Shown here in pieces: positions 14,118 to 26,871 of a stretch of 57,561 nt of DNA. The stretch lies in contig NC_068995.1 of assembly GCF_001194135.2 (NCBI RefSeq), positions 21,879,625-21,937,185 of the forward strand, read 5' to 3'. Source of the DNA: Octopus bimaculoides (taxonomy: Eukaryota). How positions within the stretch are numbered: position 1 is the first letter of the stretch; each line of letters opens with the position of its first letter. The notes beneath the pieces are model-generated. The model saw only the letters and a list, made by a program, of their open reading frames with translations, did not search any database and had not been told where the DNA came from. Made by a program: the position numbers and the translations under genes.

Positions 14118-14613
14118 NNNNNNNNNNNNNNNNNNNNNNNNNNNNNNNNNNNNNNNNNNNNNNNNNNNNNNNNNNNNNNNNNNNNNNNNNNNNNNNNNNN
14201 NNNNNNNNNNNNNNNNNNNNNNNNNNNNNNNNNNNNNNNNNNNNNNNNNNNNNNNNNNNNNNNNNNNNNNNNNNNNNNNNNNNNNNNNNNNNNNNNNNNN
14301 NNNNNNNNNNNNNNNNNNNNNNNNNNNNNNNNNNNNNNNNNNNNNNNNNNNNNNNNNNNNNNNNNNNNNNNNNNNNNNNNNNNNNNNNNNNNNNNNNNNN
14401 NNNNNNNNNNNNNNNNNNNNNNNNNNNNNNNNNNNNNNNNNNNNNNNNNNNNNNNNNNNNNNNNNNNNNNNNNNNNNNNNNNNNNNNNNNNNNNNNNNNN
14501 NNNNNNNNNNNNNNNNNNNNNNNNNNNNNNNNNNNNNNNNNNNNNNNNNNNNNNNNNNNNNNNNNNNNNNNNNNNNNNNNNNNNNNNNNNNNNNNNNNNN
14601 NNNNNTAAATGTG

Positions 14614-15000
14614 TTAGCAATGGTTAAGTTCGGGTTTGTATTTTTGAATGAAAAAGGTTTCCTTATTTAATCTAATCTGTGTTGGTGTTTTAATGGCACA
14701 TTGATAAAAAGGAAAGATTATAAAGTGTGGTAGCATTTGTTTTGCGCATTTCTCAATATGATCACTAAAAGGTATCATTCGGTATTCTGGGTGTGCAATC
14801 TGCTGGCGGTGCAGAGTGCATCTACGTCTGAGCGATGATCCTGTGGACTCTATGTAGTTCTCGTGGCAGCCCGAACATCTTATTACATAAATAAGATTTT
14901 CTGAGGCACAAGTAAAGTTAGATTTAACTTTGAATTTGTGTCCCTCTTTGAAGAGGAATTCTGAACCTTCTAGAATGTTTGGGCATGTTGCACAATTTAG
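14614..15000 (-). mobile_element. Penelope-like element fragment: CxxC linker plus GIY-YIG endonuclease domain
   Basis: CATCPNI...FTCASENLIYVIRCSGCHENYIESTGSSLRRRCTLHRQQI...RLNKETFFIQKYKPELN* fits the PLE GIY-YIG pattern (N.IY.I.C..C...YIG.T..L..R...H; E..FI...P.LN). YIG is mutated to YIE; no RT seen. Confidence 0.8.
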
Positions 15001-15599
15001 TACCACAACCAATAAATATTCTCAAAATACAGACATTGATCACCTGATGCAAAGTTCGAAAATAAGGATAAATCGATTTTATTTATTCATAAGATGTGAT
15101 GTCAGTATGAAGTTTATATGTTTTAATGTGTTTAGTCCTTGTCCACGAATAGAAGAGAAAAACATCATTGTTATTGATCATGATTAGTTCCTGATCAGGC
15201 CTGGCCAAGGTGGCATAAGATCAAAGATGTTACATTCATTTTAGAGTGCTGCATTTAAAGACATTTATGTCAGGCTAAATAATTCAATAGTCTGTCAATT
15301 TCAAAGTGAAGCTGTGTAAAGTGGAATGAAAAGTAGAACTGAACTCGAAGTGAAAAGGTCTATCGTGACATCTGACAAATAATTTAGAGAAAGAAAGAAT
15401 AGTTATGCGAGAAAAGGAATTAGGCAGAGAGAGGATTTGAGAGGAAGTGGTTCGTCGTGCATGTTTCTCTTTGAGAGCATTTACTGAGAAGAAAGAGAAA
15501 TAAAAAAAGGCAAAAGAATATACCTCGGACATTTGGGGAAGGCAGTTGCTTCTGTAAAATAACGGAAAAGTAATAGCATAAACAATACTTCAGAATAAC

Positions 15600-15638
15600 T
15601 ACATCATGATGATCATCACCATCATGATCATCATCACC

Positions 15639-15676
<38 letters not shown>

Positions 15677-15785
15677 CACCATCATCATCATCATCATCAT
15701 CATCCTCCTCCTCCTCATTATCATCATCCTCATCCTCATCCTCCTCCTCATCATTATCATCATCCTCATCATCCTCATCATCATT
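15600..15785. repeat. Compound (GAT)n/(CAT)n/(CCT)n microsatellite
   Basis: Visible directly; explains the poly-D/E/H ORF 15420-15797. Confidence 0.9.
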
Positions 15786-16381
15786 TGAAAGGATCATATG
15801 AGTAGAAGGAAAAGGTCCTCAGACATGGCTGACAGGAAAAATTACAGAAAATGTTTGCTTTTAAATATTTTGGACTGGTAGATGCAATTGATCTCGATGT
15901 CCATCATAAGTGTTGCATCAAGTAATCATTATGAACAAATCGGTAGTTACGCGAGAAAATAGACAAATAAGAACGGCAATAAAAATCATGTGACGAAGAA
16001 CAACAATAGAAATTGTTATTATTTACTCTCCACAAGGATTCATGGCAAAACAATAAATAAGTGTGTTACCTGTGTTAACAATTCTATTCTGAAAATCGCC
16101 ATTCTTTTCTTTCTTTTGACTAGCATATTTGATTATTCTGAGTTTTCTCCTACTCATTCACATTCTTGTTTGCTATCGCTGACTATCACTCGTAAATATA
16201 CATAAATTTCCCAGTTAATTCTGATTTCTGGAAACGTTTTGAATTTCGAAAAAGAAAAGAAAAATTCTGTTTCAGTTCAGAGGCAATTTACATAGAAAAA
16301 GAAAACACAATATTCCATTGAAAATAATGGTCTTTTGAAAGCCAAAGAATATGAACTAGATTATGGCAGACAGATAATAGC

Positions 16382-17082
16382 TTACTCAAAGTAGCCGCCC
16401 TCAACTTCTTGCACAGCTTCAACATGGCTTCGTAACCTAACGCATGTGTTCCTCACTATATCCTTGAGAAGATCTTCGAACACCTCTTTTATGTTGCAGG
16501 CTGAGTGTTTGGTGTCTTTTTCAACCGCACACTACACAGAAATGAAAGGGAATTGTAATCGGACAGATTAAGATGCCAGAAACTGGGACAGGTGAAGTAG
16601 TAAAAATTTTCCAATGAACACTTCCGATTTTTCCGGGGATATAGGAAAGAAGTTGAATGCTGCTGCCACACATATGGACCTTCCAACAACAGCCCTCTCC
16701 AGCCAGAGGGCGACCATAATCTTCAGAACCGTCATATAGATGTGTGAATTGAACTTATGTCTCTGTTTATAGATATGGCCCGGTGATAGATTTGTGGTCT
16801 CCGTTGAACCTGTCCATGTTACATCTTACAACCTTTCAAATATCCATAGTGCATTGAGCGACAATCAGGATGTCGGCATTTTGATGCCCAGCATGAAGTA
16901 TCATGATACAGGTATCTCCTTTCCAATATTCATATGCATTCTAGTCCGCCAAATCATGAACCCTTTCTTAATGACAGCTTTAATCGTTATGATATCCAGC
17001 GACGTTGATTACTCGCCAGTACATCAAGCAGTTCCTGAAGAAAGAGGATATGAAAATTGTCTCATTTTACCCGAACAACCGT
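16382..17082 (-). mobile_element. Decayed Tc1/mariner remnant, probably maT/DD37D-like
   Basis: Minus strand GPYVWQQHS...ENFYYFTCPSFWHLNLSDYNSL (degenerate WQQDSAP...WPPNSPD.NP.D, 37 residues between the D positions) and C-terminus KEVFEDLLKDIVRNTCVRLRSHVEAVQEVEGGYFE*. TIR-like TA-acggttgttcgggtaaaatg at about 17084-17064; partner TIR not found. Confidence 0.75.
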
Positions 17083-17127
17083 TATATCTATTGTCCCATA
17101 TTTTTGTTTTATATGTAAGCGTTGTTT

Positions 17128-17337
17128 GGTGGTGAGCTGGCACAATTTTTAGCATGCCTGGCAAAATGTTTAGCGGCATTTCGTCCGTCTGTATGTTCTG
17201 AGTTGAAATTCCTCCGATGTCAAATTTACCATCATCCTTTTGGTGTCGATGAAATAAGTACCAGTTAAACACAGGGGTCGATGTAATCGGCTGACACCCT
17301 TCCCGAACTTGTTGATTTTCTACCCAAATTTGAAAAC
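17128..17337 (+). mobile_element. tRNA-derived SINE, type A (about 200 bp)
   Basis: A-box-like ggtgagctggca, B-box-like gagttgaaattcc, body ggggtcgatgtaatcg; about 10 homologous copies in the window. Confidence 0.85.
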
Positions 17338-18510
17338 GATACATTTCTTTTCTTTTATTACTTTTATCGGGTTCGGTGGAAGAATTATATTTTGCCTCTT
17401 TCTTGATGGGTGTATTTTATATAACTTGAAGTTAAATAACAATGTAAAACTGCTGGGATAATTTTTCGTATAATCCCTATATTGGAAAAGATACCCACTG
17501 ATAACTATTTATTTTAGCTAACACCGTAAAGAATGAAATATCGTTACCTGCGATCGAAGAATCACCACGCCCGTCCGTTACGAGAATCGATTTTGATGGA
17601 AAAGATTCGACGTCGAAAGATATTTTTCTGAGGCTCTGATGTCTCAAATAAACAAATTCCCTAACAATATTGATAATGGTTTCTAATTGATGCACAACAC
17701 CAGAAACGTTGAATGGAGAGTAACTATGGATTACTTCGAACCCAATACTTAATTTTTATCTGATCAATATATGATCACAACAGAGAATCAAAGGAAAGAG
17801 GAGCACTGCATATTTGAAGTCAGATCGCAAAGTGACGAAACATCTGCTCCAAGACGTATTTTCCGCCGTTTCAATGATTATGCATACTTACCGACTTAAT
17901 AATGTTGTCTTTATCGCATGCTGTTTTATATGTAGTTGCTTATCAGTTTTAGTGTTGGGAGCTGTTGGAGCCTTCGTTTTTCACTTTGATATTAGCGGAA
18001 AATACTTAGGTTGCTGATTGCCTTACAAATGTCATTGGTTTGTCTTTTACCCACAAACGACATTAATAAACTAGTACGGTTTATTAATTCTATGACACTA
18101 TAGATTGTTCCGAGTTTAACGTGATTCATTTGGTTTAATAGTGCCACGACTATACACGGCCAGTTTTGGCGTGCATTACCTTCAAGAATGTCTTATCTTT
18201 ATCACTAGATGAATCTGCCACCATTAGCCACCAGGTACTAAATTTGATAAGAAATGTGCCTGGCGTCACTTTTACTACGGTTGTCTTTGAAACAAGTTTT
18301 TGGTATCGTTAATCTATTTTCATGATACTGAGGTATAATCATTTGCTTCAAATTCAAACCAAAATCTAACAACGATTTTGCGAACTTGTACAGTCACGAG
18401 ACGCAACTTTTATTTGTTACCAGTCGAGTAGCAAACAACTTCCACTTGTTCTGGTTAGCTCTTTCAAACCATCGAATTATTAACGCCGATGTAAAAGAAA
18501 TCACTATGCG

Positions 18511-18546
18511 TCGTGTTGTTTGTACCCTGAGGTACAAACAACACGA
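18511..18546. repeat. Perfect 16-bp-arm hairpin with 4-nt loop
   Basis: tcgtgttgtttgtacc-ctga-ggtacaaacaacacga. Confidence 0.95.
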
Positions 18547-18990
18547 ATAGGTTTTTATTATTGTTTATCTCCTTTCGAGAAATGGTTTAACTTTCTTTCA
18601 TTTCTTTGAGCTGTACTTGCAAAAGTTTCAGTTGGCTTAACTATTGAGATATAAGCTGTTTTCCTTCAATGGTGATGGATTTCACAAATTCAGTAGAAAT
18701 ATCATTGTGATAGAGTTGGTAGCTGTCGAACAGGCCGTTTTTTAGTTGGTTTTGTCTACTGTTGTAGGAGAAATAACTGTGGTAGTGAAAGTGCTGCATG
18801 GCCACCAAAATGTCCCTTGACGTGGTGGTGGTGATGTTCCTGTAGTTCTGATAAAGTGTATCCTTGCTGGGGCTAATATCGTTCTATTGGTTTTACATTC
18901 GCTGTTAATGTCACATGCTGCAATAATAGTGGTGATGTTTCACATGTTACGATTCTATTTCTTTTTTTCCCCCGTATGGCATTTGTTGCT

Positions 18991-19284
18991 GCAGCTCTGG
19001 CTTAGTGGTTAGGATAATCAGCTCACGAGCGTAAGGTCGTAAGTTCAATCCCCGGTGACGCGATATGTCCTTGAGCGAGACACTCTATTTCACGTTGCTC
19101 ATGGCCACTCAACTGGCAAAAGTGAGTAGTTACCTGTATTTCAAAGGGCCAGTCTCCCTGAGAACTACGTTAAGCGTATGCGTGTTTGTGGAGTGCTCAG
19201 CCATTGCACATTAATTACAGGAGCAGGCTCTTCAGTTGATCGGATCAACTGGAATCCTTGTCGGCATAACCGACGGAGCACCAG
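18991..19284 (+). mobile_element. tRNA-derived SINE, type C
   Basis: A-box tggcttagtggttagg, B-box gttcaatcc, central gtccttgagcgagacact; 3' part homologous to the SINE at 35902-36280. Confidence 0.8.
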
Positions 19285-19522
19285 CCAGCCGCTACATCTA
19301 CATGGATTCAGAATGGAATAATGAGAGAAAGCTTTTGGGAAATGCTATCTCTATTATTGTTCCAAAAGCCGATCACATCCTTATTTTGCGAAGCCATGTT
19401 GTTATTGCTTTAAAGGAATAGTTAACTTTTTAATGAAACTAAAACAATTCTACCGCTAAAAGCCAAAACATAAAGAAATTATCACTTTCTTACCGCCCTC
19501 TTCAGTTTGATAACAAAAACAA

Positions 19523-19731
19523 AAGAAGAAGAAGAAGAAGAAGAAGAAGAAGAAGAAGAAGAAGAAGAAGAAGAAGAAGAAGAAGAAGAAGAAGAAGAAG
19601 AAGAAGAAGAAGAAGAAGAAGAAGAAGAAGAAGAAGAAGAAGAAGAAGAAGAAGAAGAAGAAGAGATAGGTAGATAGATAGATAGATAGATAGATACATA
19701 CATACATACATACATACATACATACATACAT
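19523..19731. repeat. Compound (GAA)n + (GATA)n + (CATA)n microsatellite
   Basis: Visible directly. Confidence 0.95.
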
Positions 19732-20551
19732 AGAGTTTATGACCAGATTATTGACACTGGAATCAAAACGTTACCAAGCTATTCATTACTGGAACTCAAT
19801 CATAGAATACAAGTCATCTCCCCACATATTTCTGGATATAGCTTATCATTAATTTCAAATATAAACAACAACCTCATAAAGTTTTGGGTTTTTTTTCAGG
19901 TTCATCATTTCTTCTTCAGGAAATAAATCATTCAACCAATTTAACTAATTCTGTTTTCTCTCTTTTTAACAACGGAATAACTTCTTTTGTTAAAACTTCC
20001 TTCCATACTTGTGATACTAAAGCTGATTTAAGAAGAAATTAGAAAATGAAAAACTTCTGAAAGCTTGAAATCTTCGTTTAAAAATTGCGCAACCCGAGGT
20101 CATTGAGAACTAATAGAGTTGCAGTTAATGACTCAAAAGAAAAGTAAATCAGTATTTTAAAGAGTATTCATCACTTTGGTATCAGGTATGTCTCTTTCCC
20201 AACAGAGAACACTAGAGATTTCTGGAGGAAAATTTGGACATGTAATTTCATTACATTTTAGTAATTTTTTTCATGTCTGCTGTCTACTTTAATAAACACA
20301 TACAGTTATAAAAACCTGATATTTGAATGCACACCATGTTCTTTATTTTTAATAAATCATATATTTAGACAACGAGAGAAATCAAGAAGCCCTCCATCGT
20401 TTGTATACATATATACGGACACAAGACAGTAAACACACGTAAATACGTAAATACAAACATATGAATATATTTGCAACGACTTCTTAGAATAAAGTGTTTT
20501 TATTTGCATGTATAAGCCGCTTCATCGAAACTTAAATCCAGATACTGTATA

Positions 20552-23500
20552 CTAGCAGTCGTACCCGGCGTTGCCCGGGTGCGTTAGATCGAAAAGGCTT
20601 ACAAACTAATAAAGCGATTAACAGCACCTCCCTTAAGCATCTTTCACGCTTTATGGCAAGACTAACACCAAAGTAACTCTTTAAGGGAGCAGAACGTGTA
20701 ATATTACGACAACAATCAAGTGAAAGGATAACACAACAAAAATTATAACAGCAATAATGTAGGACTGAAATATGGCGCCAGTACGGCAAGTCTACAATTC
20801 TTCCTTGTAAACAACATTTTTAGTTTTCTCCTGGGGGATGAAGGCATGTAAACTGTTCCTACAACCCACTCTTGAGCAGCCAACGTACAGTTGACCGAGT
20901 GAAGAGCATTGTTAGGCTAAGTAAAGTCCAACGACAGACAGCGACCGCCCCTGGGATTTATTAATGGACATGGCGTAACTGAGTCTAATTGGAAACTGCA
21001 CTCTGCGGAATGTGAACGGTAAGTCAGCAGTTGAAGGCACAAGGGAATTTGCGGTATGAAGACGTCTTGACCTTTACCACAGACGGTCATAATCGTTGCT
21101 TCAATGACATTGGGAAGTAATTTTGTGATAGCAAGGCTTGTACCGTTGCACAACCTCGATGGATTTAAATTCTTTATCAGCATAACAGGGCTACCTACTT
21201 TAAGAGTAAGAATATGTGGACGTACACCTGAAGGATCTAAAGAATTCAAAAATTCAGTGGGATAATCAACTACCTTATCCTGATTGGGAATGGTGTCTAC
21301 TGGCTTATAGACTGTCACTGGCTTATAGACTGTTGTTGATTGCCCTAACCGCCACGCTTTTAGGAGCCAAAATGGCCCTTTGGCAAAGCCAATCTCGATC
21401 TTGGTTGTGGACTTCTAGGCCTGGGAAGACCTGGTCCTGAAGACTCTGGGTGGTACTGGCTATTGTGCAAATGTTACTTATGTCAACATCTTCATTTCCG
21501 GCTTCTGGAACTTCACCATTGGGTCCTCATGGAGGCGTGCTCTCATGTTGGATTCTAACTTTAAAGTAACAACATGACCCCATAGACGTGAAGACTTAAG
21601 AAACGCCATTGCTTCATTCATCCTCCCATGTGCCTTTCGGAATCACTGGCAAAGTTTGTCTCAAGTCCCCAGATAGCAGGACAGTGACACCCACCATCGG
21701 TTTGTGGCTTTCCTTTATGTCTCGTAAAGTTCTATCTAATGCCTCAAGCGCACCCTTATGAGCCATTTTGCATTCATTTCAAATAATCAGGCGACATTGT
21801 GCCAGCCCATTGTCCGACGTCTTTGAAATGTTTCAAACAGGCGTTGGTGAATTTGCGAAGTTAAGGGTAAGCTTAAACGTAGAGTGTGCAGTCCTAACAC
21901 CAGGGAGCAGAGTATCAGCTATACCCGAAGTTGCCAGAGTCATTGCGATGCACTTTTGTAGCCTTACTTTTGCAAGAATGAGTCTAGTTACGAACGTCTT
22001 TCCTCTCCCGTCAGAAGCGTTAAGGAAGAAAACGCCACCTTTCCGACTCTGGATTTACTGAACGATAGTGTCGTAGGCGTGCTTCTGATCAGGTAGCAGA
22101 AGTACCTCATTGATCTGCACATATGTGGATAGTTCAGTAATGTCGTAAGATGTTTCCCGAACACTCTCAGAAGGGAGATCATTTGAAGTAGGCTTTGCAA
22201 CGGGGGTAAGCCAGTAAGTGATCATTACATCACAGCCTAAAGCTAAAGTCTTGTTTTCAATCTCAATCAGCGCTAGGTTGTATATTGTGTCGGTGAAACC
22301 TATGTTTAAAGTAGGGAATCGAAACTGAACGGCTCGCCTAAAGTCTCCGGACATGTCATTACTAAATTGAAGCCACAAATAATATAAACTACTGGGTGCA
22401 CAATTGTGCAGTATAACAGCAAAAAGTGTTCTAAGGCTTCCAGACGGTTTGGATACACAAGCTTCTGATAAGCAGGCTTGCCACTGCCCATCGTCTTCAA
22501 GAAGACTGCGCTGTTGAAATGCCTCCTTGTATGTTGCAAAAACGTTTACATCCACAGTTCTTAAATCTTGAAAGCAAGTTGGGCCTGTTATTTGGTGTAG
22601 AAGAAGACGGAGATGAAATCACTCAGTCTGATTTGGGTGCACTGTATAAACACGCCCAAGGCAATCATCGAACTTTAATGCCTGTGTGCCCTTCAACAGT
22701 TTTACCTGTCTTCCTTCTCCTCCATGTCTTGTTGTTCCAGGTGTAGTAGGATGGATCTTGTGGGTAAAGGAGTGTTCGTGCAAAAGGATCAACCTGACAA
22801 AGTTTAGAAAAACGCAGTAAGCATAGTATATGATGGAGCCTGTGCTACCTGGGCAGCAGTCGCTTCACTGAAATACACTCTTTGACAGTTTTCCAAATGA
22901 ACAGCAAGCTGAACAATGGCAGGATACATTTCACGTATTGGAAAACTGAAAATACGCCAAGATGCTTCATTGCTGCTTACGTACTGTGCAGCCTGGTATT
23001 GCATTACGTCATCATGTTGGCTGATGCCTTGGCGGCCAAACATGGCGGCATCGGACCCTTTATTATCGTATTTGCAGACATATTTGACTGATTTGATGGA
23101 ATTGCAAAGTTCAACGTTGATATGCGCTTTAAATGTTTTTGCAAGAAGCGAACAGGAAGGTACTATCTATCTATTGTCAACTTCGAATTTCCCTATGGTT
23201 AAGGTTAAGCCTCCGTCGCGTGGCTTCCTATGCCTTTACAGTAGGTACCAGTCTTGAGCATTTTAAGTATGGGACACGAATTTTTGGGGATAATTCTTAG
23301 AGCATGCGCCATTTATCAAACAATCTTTCCTTGTAAATACAGGCCCACAAGGGCCTTGGACTATATTAGACTTCACTATGCCATGGAGTTCACTATCAAC
23401 GCTCGTACCAGGTATTTCAGCGGAAATTAGCCTGTCTATGTCATTTGCATTTATTTTCTGACTTAAGCACAGTATCGTGTTTTGTGAGGCATTCCCCTCT

Positions 23501-23620
23501 TTTGCCACTCAACAGTGAGCATGAAGCTTTTAACATATTTGACCGTTGGTGAGGAGGTCCTTGAATTTATGTAGTCTAAGTCTAAAAACTATATTCTAAT
23601 TAGTATATGTTGTTAAATAG
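20552..23620 (-). mobile_element. Helitron, internally deleted and decayed (Rep C-terminal part plus Pif1-type helicase), intact 3' terminus
   Basis: Minus-strand motifs: TVEWQKRGMPH (HUH region), IDRLISAEIP...GPCG...CSKNYP, FKAHINVELCNSIKSVKYVCKY.NKGSD, YVSSNEASWRIFSF, GDLRQTLPVIPKG, WLCQRAILAP, LKVGSPVMLIKNLNPSRLCNGT. 3' end acccgg-gcaacg-ccgggt hairpin then CTAG followed by T (20552-20580). 5' boundary approximate. Confidence 0.92.
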
Positions 23621-24726
23621 ACCTTATTCATTATATAATTGTCTGTAGTATTTCACATAACCCAAAATGCTATCCGTATCAAATAATATAAATCAGGTAT
23701 TCAAATTCAGAATTTTAAATTCACCACGACTACCGTTCACTCTAATTAAAGGTGTTTTATACAGATAATTGCAACAGAGTGACGTCTAATGAGGCTCATG
23801 AGCAACTAATCATAATACACAGTATATATCTTTAAAATATTTGGTCATTAACAAACATGTTTCTTCTGAAGCGTATTTTAAGACTCACCAACGTCATGAA
23901 AAAGCATCGATATGCTTCTCAGACGCTGAAAGTATATATGTCCCAAGAGTGGCATAAAAATAGGAGCTAAAGTATTTGATTGTGAAAAGCATATTTAACA
24001 TTCTGTTTTTATCCTCAAGGAAAATATGAGCTATTTGTAATCAGTGAATGAATTTAAAGGAACTTGCTACAACGATGATCGCTATGTCATTGACCTAAGT
24101 GGAAAACACCAACTGGAATATCAAGCAGTGGACAGTTTACAGTTTCTTTCCACCAAATTTCTTTTCAGCTAGTTACGACATCTTGTTCGTTAGCATGATT
24201 TCCTGCTCTCGAAGCAAATGATAAATGGTGATGCAATCCTCAAAGACTGCTTAAAATCCTTTCTAAAAACGGTCAAATTGTATTTACAATTGACAAATGT
24301 ATTGTAGAAAATTAAGGAAATTGCAGACCAATTTCAATTTGAAAAACTCAATCACTGATGTTCCGTATAGATTGTTTTCTCTTGGAAAAGGGAAACATCC
24401 TCTTTTAGTAGAATTTAACAAATATGACATATACGCGGAGTAGCCTTTTGCAATTTCAGGCAAGTATCAGAACCCATGTGCGTAAATGTGAATAAATGAT
24501 AAAAACTCTGAAATCGTTTAAGCTCTGAAGACTGTGGCTGTTCACTGAAGGCTCCGGAAATGTCATCTGGGGATTCAGATGATTTCTAGAAGATTAAACG
24601 CTTTGAAATGAAAATATACGTTTCTAATTCTGTGAAGATGTATTTAATAGCCTAATGGTCGCATGCCAAGGCGGTTGCCATCGTTCGTTCCCCGACCGAC
24701 GCAAGCAATAACTTTCATTTTAGTCT

Positions 24727-25075
24727 CAGGCGTGGCTGTGTGATTAAGAATATCATTCCACAACCACATTGTTCCGGGTTCAGCCACAATCTGTGGATCC
24801 TTTGGCAAGTCTACTATATCCCAGTATTGACATGAACCTACCAAAGCCATGTGAGTGGCCCGAAAGTGAAAAATGCCCATGATATATATATATATATATA
24901 TATATGGTGTGGATGTGTGCATTTACAGTAGTGACCAACCATCGTCCAACAACCGCTGTTGGTTTGCGTTCGTCTCTGAAACCTAGTTGCACCTCAGAAG
25001 CGGCTGATAGAGTAAGTACCAGTCTTAGACAAATTTCTTTCTGATTTGTTCGACTAAAACTCTTCGAAGTAATGC
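24727..25075 (+). mobile_element. Decayed type B SINE with internal (TA)n
   Basis: gcgtggctgtgtgattaag...gttccgggttcagcc head, internal (TA)n, gatagagtaagtacc...gatttgttcgact tail; collinear with 51745-52050. Confidence 0.75.
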
Positions 25076-26147
25076 GCTATGTTCGATGCAGTCTCAAATA
25101 TAGTTGCTATAGATTGAGTGAACGTATTTTATCTAAATACAGTACTAGAGCATTTTTGTAGTATTTTCACACTTCATGTTAGTACATTTTCAAATTTAAT
25201 GTTTTATATATTCGCATTGAATTAAATATAAAGATCTATTAATATTTATAGTGAGCCTAAATTTCAGATATATGGCTTAGGAAATCTACGGCAAATTAAA
25301 ATGTTTAACAACAAATGTTACTCCTTAAAAAAAAAAACAATTTTATATTGTGCAATGTGTCCTGCAGATACTGGAGTCTGAATCTTGATATGAAATGCTA
25401 TTTGGCTTAAATATAAGGAAATGTGATGTTGAAACCATGCTTTAGACCGACCTAATTATCCCATAAAGTTAATGAAGTGGATCGAACCATGTATCATAAA
25501 CTTCATTAGTTCTTAAAATTATAAACAAATAAATGTTTACTGCATTGCATATTTCTGTATCACATCATTGGTCTGAAGAGTTCCGCGAAATTTCAAACCT
25601 CAAAAGGTAGAAATAGTCAAGAAATTACTAACTCTGAATAATTAATACTCCTAAACGTGAACAACACAATATCTGTAACGAACAACTGCTGGTTAATTCA
25701 AGAGCAACAAGTTGTTCTAGATTTAATTAAATATGCAAATTAGATAATTATGTATTCAAATCTCAGAAATGCAAACTAGGAAGAGTATGCGTATTCAACT
25801 GTCAATTCGTAAACAGTCTACACCAAACTGGTTATATGCGTGAGCATGTTTTAATTGAATTATATAATTGAACCTCCCACTAGGTAACCACAGTCCCAAT
25901 AAAATATATACAAATGCTACTGCACGAATGAGACGTAAGAAAACATTGAATAAAATAATGGAAATATTTTTCAAAAGCCTTATAATATCAATGAATGACC
26001 CAGAGATGTGTAGTGTGTGTATAATACCTCTTAACTGATTTGCAATGCATTGACGTCTAAGTTATAATATAACCGTTATCTACATATATGCAAATGTATT
26101 TCAGGAAAGATATCATGTTTGATTTCTTAATTAAATATTCCAAGAGA

Positions 26148-26860
<713 letters not shown>

Positions 26861-26871
26861 TATATAATAAT

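Noticed and set aside
15030-15115. Hammerhead-like ctgatg...cgaaa next to the Penelope fragment
   Set aside because: Core is CUGAUGC rather than CUGAUGA, stems I and III cannot be closed in register, and it lies opposite to the ORF strand.
15420-15797. Acidic/poly-His ORF
   Set aside because: Translation of a compound trinucleotide microsatellite; no domain or splice context.
17024-17344. 106-aa minus-strand ORF
   Set aside because: Antisense read-through of a type A SINE and the mariner remnant end.
18991-19065. tRNA-like A/B boxes here and in other SINE heads
   Set aside because: No complete cloverleaf, and each continues into a SINE body, so they are not called as tRNA genes.
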